Below are positions 19,222-27,612 of a stretch of DNA of 64,000 nucleotides, one piece after another. The stretch is from an uncultured Chryseobacterium sp. (GTDB taxonomy: Bacteria; Bacteroidota; Bacteroidia; Flavobacteriales_D; Crocinitomicaceae), in contig CAZAVP010000009.1 of the NCBI GenBank assembly GCA_964488745.1, forward strand, positions 15,729 to 79,728, given 5' to 3'. The notes below the pieces were generated by a model, which was not told the origin of the DNA, did not search any database, and saw only the letters and a program-made list of their open reading frames with translations. Each line of letters starts with the position of its first letter. Position 1 is the first letter of the stretch. Position numbers and translations under genes: made by a program.

Positions 19222-19890
19222 TCAAGGTTTTATTAAATCGGGATTATTTTGTTTGTATTTCTCAATTCTCGGTTTGGAAACACCGCGAACGTAAGCGTTA
19301 TTCGGATTGTTCTTTTCGAAATCTTGGTGATAAATTTCTGCTTCGTAAAAAACAGTCAGCGGTACAACTTCTGTTACAATTTTTGGATACACTTTATCCT
19401 TTAGCAATTGCTGTATGTAGTTATTTGCCAAGTTCTTTTCCTTTTCATTCTGATAGAAAATCATCGAACGGTATTGTGGACCCGTGTCTGGACCTTGACT
19501 ATCAATCGTGGTGGGATTATGAGAACCAAAAAATACTTTCAAAAGCGTTTCATAATTAACAACGGTAGAATCGTAATACACTTTTACAACTTCCGCGTGG
19601 CGCGTTTTGCCAGAAGAAACCAATTCGTAGGTTGGATTTTTCTCTGTGCCACCAGAATAACCGCTAACAACTTCTTCAACACCTTTGGTGGCTTCGTAAA
19701 CACCCTCAACGCACCAAAAACAACCGCTGGCAAAATAGGCGGTGGAATAATTAGTTAAATCTTTGTTTGTCTGTTCTACTTTTGGTGATATTGGATCGGC
19801 TGAATTTGCTTTTCGAATTTCTGGCGAATTTGAAAAAGTGCAAGATAATAAGAGAAAGCCTGAAAAAATGGAAGTTAAGGTGATATTCAT
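19222..19890 (-). CDS. msrA: Peptide-methionine (S)-S-oxide reductase, exported/lipoprotein form
   Basis: GCFWCVEG active-site motif. The N-terminal signal carries LLSC. Confidence 0.9.
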   Translation of the reverse strand: MNITLTSIFSGFLLLSCTFSNSPEIRKANSADPISPKVEQTNKDLTNYSTAYFASGCFWCVEGVYEATKGVEEVVSGYSGGTEKNPTYELVSSGKTRHAEVVKVYYDSTVVNYETLLKVFFGSHNPTTIDSQGPDTGPQYRSMIFYQNEKEKNLANNYIQQLLKDKVYPKIVTEVVPLTVFYEAEIYHQDFEKNNPNNAYVRGVSKPRIEKYKQNNPDLIKP

Positions 19891-19962
19891 ACGAAATTTG
19901 TTTCTTTTTTTAAATAAGTTTGATTTAACTTATAAAGCGCAATAACTGATTTCCTTTTAAAA

Positions 19963-19991
19963 CAAAAAAACGGATGAAAAATTGCATCCGT
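19963..19991 (-). terminator. Rho-independent terminator after the XRE/membrane gene pair
   Basis: Stem acggatg/catccgt. The A8 run at 19963-19970 is a T-run on the minus strand. Confidence 0.7.
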
Positions 19992-20030
19992 TTTTAATTG
20001 TTTTTTTAAAATTATAGTTAAAATGAACAC

Positions 20031-20231
20031 TTAATCGTCCTCCTCTAGTTGAAAAATATCGTGTACACTTTTGTTAAATACCTCGGCTAGTTTTAGCGCT
20101 AAAATGGTAGAAGGGACATAACGATTTTTCTCAATCGAATTGATGGTTTGTCTTGACACGCCAATTTTTTCAGCCAAGTTTTCTTGTGTGAGATCTTGGA
20201 TGGCTCGTTCGATTTTAATTGTATTTTTCAC
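20031..20231 (-). CDS. XRE-family helix-turn-helix transcriptional regulator
   Basis: 66 aa. LTQENLAEKIGVSRQTINSIEKNRYVPS is a classic Cro/C1 HTH. GTG start overlaps the upstream stop by 1 nt. Confidence 0.85.
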   Translation of the reverse strand: MKNTIKIERAIQDLTQENLAEKIGVSRQTINSIEKNRYVPSTILALKLAEVFNKSVHDIFQLEEDD

Positions 20232-20668
20232 TATCTTCTTCTTTTTAGAATAAATGATATGGCAAAATAAACTAAAAACATTCTAATCAACATACTCGTT
20301 CCATTCATTTCAGAAAAATATTCTCCTTCGATGATTAAATGAACGATGGGTTGAAAAATGACTTCTAACACACCAAACAAAAAAGCCGTTGCTAAAGCCG
20401 TCATTCTAATTTTGATTGTCAGTTCATCTTCAATTTTGTCTTTACTGATCGCTAATAGTAAGAAGGAAATTAATAAGCCAATTGTAGCGATGGATTTTAA
20501 GAGTTCTCCCTCAACTGCCAATACTTGGCTTTTACCCGTAATATTAATAATTACGCTGATTAGCAATAACCCGATTCCTACTTTTTTAAATTGTACAGGT
20601 AACAAGCTTAATTCCATTAAATTTTTTTTCATAGTTTTTGATTTTAAAATGTAAAATGTTTTGTTCAT
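20231..20668 (-). CDS. Four-TM membrane protein co-transcribed with the XRE regulator
   Basis: 145 aa with four hydrophobic spans. Its stop overlaps the regulator start. Confidence 0.55.
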   Translation of the reverse strand: MNKTFYILKSKTMKKNLMELSLLPVQFKKVGIGLLLISVIINITGKSQVLAVEGELLKSIATIGLLISFLLLAISKDKIEDELTIKIRMTALATAFLFGVLEVIFQPIVHLIIEGEYFSEMNGTSMLIRMFLVYFAISFILKRRR

Positions 20669-20819
20669 TATGTATAGTTTGTTATTCTATTTGTCAAATA
20701 TACTTTACATCTTTATTCAAAACAATTTTCGGACAGACTTTTTTCAAAATTTAACATTTCAACAAATGTAAAACGCTGTAAATCTGAATTTTAATTATTT
20801 TTTAAGAGAATTCGGAGAA

Positions 20820-21401
20820 TTATCCTTGTTTCTTCACGAATTTCGTCAAGATCACAATCGTTTGACCGTCGATTTTTCCTTCGATTTGTTCTGGATTGTC
20901 ATGAACCAAACGAATCATGCGTACCGCCGTTCCAATTTTTGCGTTTAAACTGGAACCTTTTACATCCAAGTCTTTGATTAAGGTCACGGTATCTCCTTGT
21001 TGAAGAATGACGCCGTTGCAGTCTTTGTGAAGTTCTTCGTTTCCATCAGAATGCTGGTCACCAGAAGCTTCCGCCCATTCTCTCACTTCGTCTTCTAAAT
21101 ACAACATCTCTAAATTTTCGACTGCCCACGTTTCTTGTTTTAAGCGGTTTAAAAGTCTCCACGCAACAACTTGTACAGCAGGAAATTCACTCCACATGGA
21201 AGTAGATAAACACGACCAATGTTCCGGATTCATTTCAGCTCTCCGTTCAATTTGTGCAATGCATGTTTCGCAAGCGTAGATGGATTCATCTGCAAATTTT
21301 CCAGTTGAAGCTGGAACCATAAATGCTTTTAAATCTGTTACGGATGAACATAATTCACAAGCATTGTTGCTTCTTTCTTTCAATTGATCTACGGTCTTCA
21401 T
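20820..21401 (-). CDS. phnA: PhnA-domain protein
   Basis: N-terminal Cys pairs (CELC, CETC). The C-terminal block GDTVTLIKDLDVKGSS...IEGKIDGQ is typical of PhnA. Confidence 0.75.
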   Translation of the reverse strand: MKTVDQLKERSNNACELCSSVTDLKAFMVPASTGKFADESIYACETCIAQIERRAEMNPEHWSCLSTSMWSEFPAVQVVAWRLLNRLKQETWAVENLEMLYLEDEVREWAEASGDQHSDGNEELHKDCNGVILQQGDTVTLIKDLDVKGSSLNAKIGTAVRMIRLVHDNPEQIEGKIDGQTIVILTKFVKKQG

Positions 21402-21502
21402 GTTGTATTTGATATTTAAAATTTAAAGAACAAAGATAAGGTTTTTAATTGAGGTTTTTGAATGGATTTCGTGTGCAAAAAATTAGATGAGATTAATACA
21501 AA

Positions 21503-21537
21503 CAAAAAAAACCGATGAAAAAAGATTCATCGGTTTT
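21503..21537 (-). terminator. Rho-independent terminator after the 21587..22300 gene
   Basis: Stem accgatgaa/ttcatcggt-like, with an A-run at 21503-21510 that is a T-run on the minus strand. Confidence 0.7.
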
Positions 21538-21586
21538 AGTAAAATCTGTCAACCAAGTTTTTTGGAGATCCAATAGGATTCTTCTC

Positions 21587-22300
21587 TTATTCTTTGATTA
21601 ATTTCAATGTTTCCATTCCATTCACATCATATATGTTCACAAAATATAAACCAACATTCAATTCGGAAGTGTTGATTTCCATTGTATTTTCGTTTACTTG
21701 ATACGTGTTGATCATTTTACCAGAAGCATCTGTCAATTCGATTTTATCGATGTTTTTGTTGTCCAAACCTTGAATACTCACCTTGTCAGTTGCTGGATTT
21801 GGGAACATGTTGAATTTAGAAGCCACGAGTTTGTTTAATCCAACAGGAGTACAATCTGAAACAACAATTTTGTAATAGTCTAAAGTGAAATCTTGAGGCG
21901 CTGGACCAACGTATGCTTTTAAGCTAAAAACAACGGTATAAGTACCAGCAGTTGTTGGTGTTCCACTAATAATAGCACAACCTGTTGTTCCACCAGCAAA
22001 TGCACAATTTCCATTGTTACATTCAAAAGTTAACCCTGGAGGAAGACCTGTTACATCTACAACGACGATGCTATCAATCGGAAAGGGAACTGGAAACCCC
22101 ATAATTAAAATGCTCGTGTCAGCAGGAACCACATTCGTAATTAATTGCATATACGGTTGTCCTATACATGCTGGAAGAAAGTTCGTTGCACTATCAGGAT
22201 AAATACCTGAAGATGTATATTGTGGATCTGGCGTGCACTGAGCACTTAAATTTAGTGTCAATAACAAGGTTGCTGACGCAAGGAGTAATAGTTTTTTCAT
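21587..22300 (-). CDS. T9SS type A C-terminal sorting domain protein
   Basis: Signal peptide. The C-terminus FPNPATDKVSI...GLYFVNIYDVNGMETLKLIKE is the T9SS CTD pattern. Confidence 0.8.
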   Translation of the reverse strand: MKKLLLLASATLLLTLNLSAQCTPDPQYTSSGIYPDSATNFLPACIGQPYMQLITNVVPADTSILIMGFPVPFPIDSIVVVDVTGLPPGLTFECNNGNCAFAGGTTGCAIISGTPTTAGTYTVVFSLKAYVGPAPQDFTLDYYKIVVSDCTPVGLNKLVASKFNMFPNPATDKVSIQGLDNKNIDKIELTDASGKMINTYQVNENTMEINTSELNVGLYFVNIYDVNGMETLKLIKE

Positions 22301-22381
22301 ATCGAAATTATTAGTTTATAACCACAAAGATATTATTTATCTTGTTAGTCAATGAAAGAAATACACTTTAATTTTAGTAAA

Positions 22382-23506
22382 TCAAACTAATTTAAATCGA
22401 TTGCCAGGCAAGGTTTTAATCATTCCTAGAAACTCTAAGTTTAGTAAGTTAACACTCACGTCACTAACAGATTCGCCACTTTTAAAAGAAATAAAATCCA
22501 AACTTGCAGATTCTTTTTGTTTCAGAATATTCACTAATTTGCTTTCTAATTCAGATAAATCTGCTTGGAATAAATTTTGTTGTTTTGGTGTAATGGAAGG
22601 TTTTGATTCCCAACCCATAATTTGAAAAAAATCTTTACTGCTGGTAATTAAATGTGCTCGATTTTGTTGAATCAAGGAATTGCAACCCTTGGAATATTCC
22701 CGTGAAATATCTCCAGGATATGCGAAAACATCTCTACTATAGTCGTTGGCCAACTCAGCGGTAATTAAAGAGCCGCCTTTAGATCCACTTTCAATGACAA
22801 TCGTTGCATCGCACATACCTGCCACAATTCTATTTCGCATGGGAAAGTTCATGCGATCAGGAAGTGTTCCGGGTAAAAATTCCGTAAGCAAGCCCCCATT
22901 TTGCAACATCTGCTTTGCAATGAGTTTATGCGCAGAAGGATAAACTCGATCTAAGCCATGCCCTAAAACACCTATCGTTTGAATTCCCAACTGCACACAC
23001 AATTGGTGTACGTAGATATCAATTCCATAAGCTAGACCACTTACCACAACTACATTTTTTCCAACCAATGCATGCAATAATTCATCGCAAATGGCTTTTC
23101 CATAATCTGTCGCATTTCGGGTTCCAACAATGGAAATTATTTTCGGCGGATTGAGATCTATATCACCTTGGCTGAAAAGTAAAATTGGAGCATCATCACA
23201 TTGATTTAGACGAGATGGAAAATCAGTATCTTGAAAAAAATGTACTTTCATGTCCTTCTTTTCGAAAAAAGAAATAAAAGGTTCAGCTTTGCGCATCGCT
23301 TCTTCTCGGTTCATTTGTATCAACGAAGCCTTTCCAACTCCCGGAATTTTTAAAAGGTTGTGTTTTTTTTCTTGAAAGAAAAATTCCACACTTGGAAGGT
23401 GTGCCAAGATGTTTCGCATTTTTTTTCTTCCTGTTCCATTCAAAAAAGTTAATGCGATTTGCTGTTGTAAAATTAGTTTATTCAATTTTATTGGTACTTT
23501 AGGCAT
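22382..23506 (-). CDS. dprA: DNA-processing protein DprA
   Basis: IVGTRNATDYG, VVSGLAYGID, ESGSKGGSLITA. Start set at the MPKVPIK codon to avoid overlap with the divergent gene. Confidence 0.85.
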   Translation of the reverse strand: MPKVPIKLNKLILQQQIALTFLNGTGRKKMRNILAHLPSVEFFFQEKKHNLLKIPGVGKASLIQMNREEAMRKAEPFISFFEKKDMKVHFFQDTDFPSRLNQCDDAPILLFSQGDIDLNPPKIISIVGTRNATDYGKAICDELLHALVGKNVVVVSGLAYGIDIYVHQLCVQLGIQTIGVLGHGLDRVYPSAHKLIAKQMLQNGGLLTEFLPGTLPDRMNFPMRNRIVAGMCDATIVIESGSKGGSLITAELANDYSRDVFAYPGDISREYSKGCNSLIQQNRAHLITSSKDFFQIMGWESKPSITPKQQNLFQADLSELESKLVNILKQKESASLDFISFKSGESVSDVSVNLLNLEFLGMIKTLPGNRFKLV

Positions 23507-23515
23507 CTTAAAGCT

Positions 23516-25855
23516 ATGAAAATAATCTCTATGAAACAAGTCTTACTTCTTTTATTTTTTCCTTTTCTCTCCTTTGGTCAAAGCGTTGAAGGAAAGGTGG
23601 TTGATGCTTCTGAAAACACTCCCTTACCCAGTGTAAGAATCCATACATCGGAGGGAAATAAAGCGATTTCGAATGCGGATGGTACTTTTCGTGTTGCCTA
23701 TACAAGGTTTCCTTTTCAAGTGATTGTGACGAGTCTTTCGTTTCAGACAGATACCATTTTGGTTACGAACAGTTCTTTTTTGGAAATTAAAATGAAACCA
23801 GAAGTGGAGGAAATCGAATCGTTGGTAGTGACTGCATCCAGAAGAGGTCAAAACGTTGAAGATGTTTCCATCTCGATGGAAGTTTTAAAACCCGTTTTAA
23901 TCGACAACAAAGCAATCACTAATTTAGAATCAGCAGTTGATCAGAGTCCAGGCGTTTTTGCAATGGATGGTCAAGTCGTGATTCGAGGCGGAAGCGGTTA
24001 CTCATACGGTGCCGGGAGTCGCGTTTTGTTACTTTGGAATGATGTTCCGTTTATTTCCGCAGATGCTGGAGATGCGAAGTGGAACTCTGTTCCGTTGGAA
24101 CTTGCTTCTCACATTGAAGTAATTAAAGGTGCTTCTTCTGTTTTATACGGAAGTGGGGCATTAAATGGAATCATTGCCGTTACGGAAAGAGAGCCTACAA
24201 AAAAGCCGCAAATAAGAGCTAAGTTACAAGCTGGTTTTTACGACCAAGCTAAAAGAACCAGTTTGAGGCGAAACAACACTTCCTATTTTCAACTAGCTGA
24301 AGCGTCGTACGGTAGGATGTATCGGAAATTTGGGTTCAACATTGCTGTAAACGGTGTGAATGATCAAGGGTACAGAGAAGGAGAAATTGAAGAAAGAGGG
24401 CGCGTTTCTGGCACCCTGTTTTTTCTGCCAAGCAAATTGAAAGGATTAAAGGTTGGAGTGGGCTATACTTTTCAAGCACAAAAAATGGGATCTTTCTTGG
24501 TATGGGAAAATGACTCGTTGGCATACAAACCACAAGGTGGCGCGGACATTACTGTTCCAGGATCTTCTTTGTCTGTTATGAAGAGTATTCGCTTTGCGGT
24601 TGATCCCTATTTGAAGTATATCGGAAAGAATGGAAATAAACACCATTTAAAAACACGTGCTTATAATGTAAGCAATACCAGTTTGTCAAATAGTTCTCAA
24701 AGTTCATTTGCCACCAATTACTATTTGGATTATCAGTACTCTAAAAATTGGTCCGACAGTTGGTTTCTAAGTACAGGAATTGCCACAAATCGTGCAGAGG
24801 TAAGGTCCGCATTGTATGGCAATCACTTTTCAAATAACCACTCTTTATACGGTCAAATAGAGAAAAAATTTCAGAAATTTGACATCACAGGTGGTGTTCG
24901 GTTGGAATATTTTGATCAAGACAAAAAGCGCGGAGATTCTGATTTTTACTTGGGAAAAGATTCCGTTAAAATTCCCGTTGTTCCTATTTTTAGGTTGGCT
25001 GCACATTATCAGCCTTTTGAACACACACACATTCGTGCATCTTTTGGACAAGGTGTTCGATATCCAGCCATTGCAGAAAGATACACACAAACTTCCGTGG
25101 GAAGCTTGAATGTTTTTCCAAATCCAAATTTAAAACGAGAAACAGGTTGGGCTGCAGAGATTGGAATCAAACAAGGAGTGAAAATTGGAAACTGGAAAGG
25201 ATTTCTAGATGTGGCAGGTTTTATCAATGAATACGATAACATGATGGAATTTACTTTTGGATACTTTAAACCCGATTCCATTCCGCCTAGCAACAACCCG
25301 AACAATCCGGGATATGTTTTAAAATGGATTGGTTTTCAAGCACAAAATGCGGAGAAAGCAAGAATTTCAGGTGTTGAGTTTTCTTTTAGTAGCGAAGGAA
25401 AAATAGGAGAAGTGGAAGTTCGTTCCATGATTGGTTACACTTATATGAACCCCATCAGTTTGAATGACAACAGTTCGTATAGGGCTACTTTTTCTGATAC
25501 CACGGGAAACATTTTAAAGTATCGGTTTAAGCATTTGGCAAAAGCAGATGTAGAAGTAGAATACAAAGGAATTTCACTCGGTTTTTCTGCTAGATACAAC
25601 AGTTACATATCGAATATTGATCGCGTATTTGAGGAAAGTATTTCTGGTACTTACATTTTACCAGGCTTAAAAGAGTACCGGGCGAAAAATCAAAAAGGAG
25701 CTCTGGTATTTGATGCGCGTGTTGGCTACAGCATTCAGGAAACATATCGAATTGGTTTTGTCGTAAATAACCTTTTAAATACAGAATACATGGGGCGCCC
25801 AGGAGACATTCAGGCACCGCGTAGTTTTATTTTACAACTCCAATTTAAGATATAA
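23516..25855 (+). CDS. TonB-dependent receptor with N-terminal carboxypeptidase-regulatory-like domain
   Basis: Signal peptide, VEGKVVDASENTPLPSVRI, plug motifs (IEVIKGASSVLYGSGALNG), and a C-terminal F-K-I barrel end. Confidence 0.85.
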   Translation: MKIISMKQVLLLLFFPFLSFGQSVEGKVVDASENTPLPSVRIHTSEGNKAISNADGTFRVAYTRFPFQVIVTSLSFQTDTILVTNSSFLEIKMKPEVEEIESLVVTASRRGQNVEDVSISMEVLKPVLIDNKAITNLESAVDQSPGVFAMDGQVVIRGGSGYSYGAGSRVLLLWNDVPFISADAGDAKWNSVPLELASHIEVIKGASSVLYGSGALNGIIAVTEREPTKKPQIRAKLQAGFYDQAKRTSLRRNNTSYFQLAEASYGRMYRKFGFNIAVNGVNDQGYREGEIEERGRVSGTLFFLPSKLKGLKVGVGYTFQAQKMGSFLVWENDSLAYKPQGGADITVPGSSLSVMKSIRFAVDPYLKYIGKNGNKHHLKTRAYNVSNTSLSNSSQSSFATNYYLDYQYSKNWSDSWFLSTGIATNRAEVRSALYGNHFSNNHSLYGQIEKKFQKFDITGGVRLEYFDQDKKRGDSDFYLGKDSVKIPVVPIFRLAAHYQPFEHTHIRASFGQGVRYPAIAERYTQTSVGSLNVFPNPNLKRETGWAAEIGIKQGVKIGNWKGFLDVAGFINEYDNMMEFTFGYFKPDSIPPSNNPNNPGYVLKWIGFQAQNAEKARISGVEFSFSSEGKIGEVEVRSMIGYTYMNPISLNDNSSYRATFSDTTGNILKYRFKHLAKADVEVEYKGISLGFSARYNSYISNIDRVFEESISGTYILPGLKEYRAKNQKGALVFDARVGYSIQETYRIGFVVNNLLNTEYMGRPGDIQAPRSFILQLQFKI

Positions 25856-25856
25856 C

Positions 25857-25864
25857 TACCTTTG
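25857..25864 (+). promoter_or_regulatory. -7 promoter box TAnnTTTG (TACCTTTG) upstream of kdsB
   Basis: The motif lies 20 nt upstream of the ATG at 25885. Confidence 0.35.
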
Positions 25865-25884
25865 TCATCAAATAAAAATTAAAA

Positions 25885-26616
25885 ATGAATGTTTTAGGAA
25901 TTATTCCAGCTCGGTATGGATCTTCTCGTTTTCCCGGTAAACCATTGATCCATCTCAAAGGGAAGACCATGATTCAACGGGTTTACGAAGGCGCTGTTCT
26001 TTCCCAAAAAATCAATTCAGTTGTGGTTGCAACAGACGATCAACGTATATACGATGAGGTCATACGTTTTGGAGGAAATGCAATGATGACCAGTGATGAA
26101 CATTTATCTGGAACAGATCGCTGTGGAGAAGTTTTGGAAAAATACACCGATGTAGAGGTGGTTATTAACATTCAAGGCGACGAACCGTTGATTGACTACA
26201 GGCAATTAGACACTTTAATTGAAGTGTTTGAAAAGCCTGAAATTCAAATTGCCACCCTGGGGATCAAAACCAACTCGATGGAAGATATTTTAAATCCAAA
26301 TCGCATTAAAATTGTTGTAGATCGAAACGAAAAAGCGCTCTATTTTTCCAGAAGTCCAATTCCCAATTTCAATAATTATTCAAATGATCCGGTGGAATTC
26401 TATCCTTTTTTAAGACACATTGGAGTTTATGCTTACCGTTCTGAAGTCTTAAAACAGTTGACACAACTCGCTCCAACGGCGTTAGAAAAAATAGAATCCT
26501 TGGAACAATTGCGCTGGATATACCATGGCTTTCCGATTCACGTTGCATATACTGAAATTGAAACACCAAACATCGATACGCCTGATGATGTTCACTCGGT
26601 ATTAGAGAGACTCTAG
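25885..26616 (+). CDS. kdsB: 3-deoxy-manno-octulosonate cytidylyltransferase
   Basis: IIPARYGSSRFPGKPL, VNIQGDEPL, EQLR motifs. 243 aa. Confidence 0.9.
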   Translation: MNVLGIIPARYGSSRFPGKPLIHLKGKTMIQRVYEGAVLSQKINSVVVATDDQRIYDEVIRFGGNAMMTSDEHLSGTDRCGEVLEKYTDVEVVINIQGDEPLIDYRQLDTLIEVFEKPEIQIATLGIKTNSMEDILNPNRIKIVVDRNEKALYFSRSPIPNFNNYSNDPVEFYPFLRHIGVYAYRSEVLKQLTQLAPTALEKIESLEQLRWIYHGFPIHVAYTEIETPNIDTPDDVHSVLERL

Positions 26617-26743
26617 CTTTTAGGTAAATCAATTGTAATTCAATGTGTTGCGAAATATAATATTCTGTTCCCATAAAATTGATTAACAAAAATTTGGTTT
26701 TTCCATTTCTTAATTCTAAATTTCTTCTCTAATACGATGAGTC

Positions 26744-27022
26744 ATGGAACTACTACTAGTCAAAACAGTTGAAAAAGAGTCAATTGAATTTTTATCTTTT
26801 CAAGGTGAAAAAAACTTCAAACAACATCCTGATTTAATACATCAATTAAATCAAGCAATGCGATTGGGAAACGGCTACCACACCAAAGTCTCGATCTATT
26901 TCCACGATAGCGAAGGTAAAAAACGTGTGGAAACCACCATTTGGGCTGTCGGGAACAAATACGTTTTATTGAAAGGTGGTGTTTGGATTCCAATAGATAG
27001 CATACAAGAGATTAAACTTTAA
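26744..27022 (+). CDS. Small conserved hypothetical protein, paralog of 1407..1715
   Basis: 92 aa. LGNGYHTKVSIYFHDSEGKKRVETTIWAV aligns with the 102-aa ORF. Confidence 0.6.
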   Translation: MELLLVKTVEKESIEFLSFQGEKNFKQHPDLIHQLNQAMRLGNGYHTKVSIYFHDSEGKKRVETTIWAVGNKYVLLKGGVWIPIDSIQEIKL

Positions 27023-27123
27023 GTTAATAATCAATGTGTTATGCCGTTTACCCTTTAAATTTAGGTCAATACAACTCCAATATTTATTAAGAACTCGTTA
27101 ACATCATTATCCGTTTCATTTAG

Positions 27124-27131
27124 TAATTTTG
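27124..27131 (+). promoter_or_regulatory. -7 promoter box TAnnTTTG (TAATTTTG) upstream of the dsbD gene pair
   Basis: The motif lies 39 nt upstream of the ATG at 27171. Confidence 0.3.
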
Positions 27132-27170
27132 ATAAATGTTTGAATTTTCGAATATTTCCAAATTTAAAGA

Positions 27171-27608
27171 ATGAAACGGATTTTCTTTTTTTATTTAATT
27201 GCCTCATTTTCGCTTCACGCAAGCGCACAAGAAGAGGTAGTTACTTGGATTACAGGTTTCAATTCCAATACTTCAGAAATAGAAATTACGGCTAATCTTG
27301 CACCGGGTTGGCACATTTTCTCTCAATACCTTGAAGGTGGAATTGGTCCCGTGCCAACCCAAATTGTTTTTGAAGAAAACGCCTCGATTTCTTTCATTGG
27401 AAGGATGACAGAACCTGTTTCTGTCAATCAATTCGATGCCAATTTTGAAAGCATGCTTCATTTTTTTGAAAATGAAGTAAAATTCACTCAAAAGGTAAAT
27501 ACAACTCAAACAACCATCTTAAAAGGTACCATTACCTACATGGCATGCAATGAGTTTGAATGCATTCCTCCATTAGACCAAATAATTACAATCAAAATAA
27601 CCAGATAA
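27171..27608 (+). CDS. Stand-alone DsbD N-terminal-domain-like periplasmic protein
   Basis: Signal peptide, GWHIFSQ and CNEFECIPP motifs as found in DsbD-alpha/DsbC-type domains. Confidence 0.55.
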   Translation: MKRIFFFYLIASFSLHASAQEEVVTWITGFNSNTSEIEITANLAPGWHIFSQYLEGGIGPVPTQIVFEENASISFIGRMTEPVSVNQFDANFESMLHFFENEVKFTQKVNTTQTTILKGTITYMACNEFECIPPLDQIITIKITR

Positions 27609-27612
27609 AAAC

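Noticed and set aside
23507-23539. Apparent overlap of the divergent dprA and TonB-dependent receptor starts.
   Set aside because: It is an artefact of maximal ORF extension. Internal Met codons (dprA at 23506, receptor at 23516 or 23531) remove the overlap.
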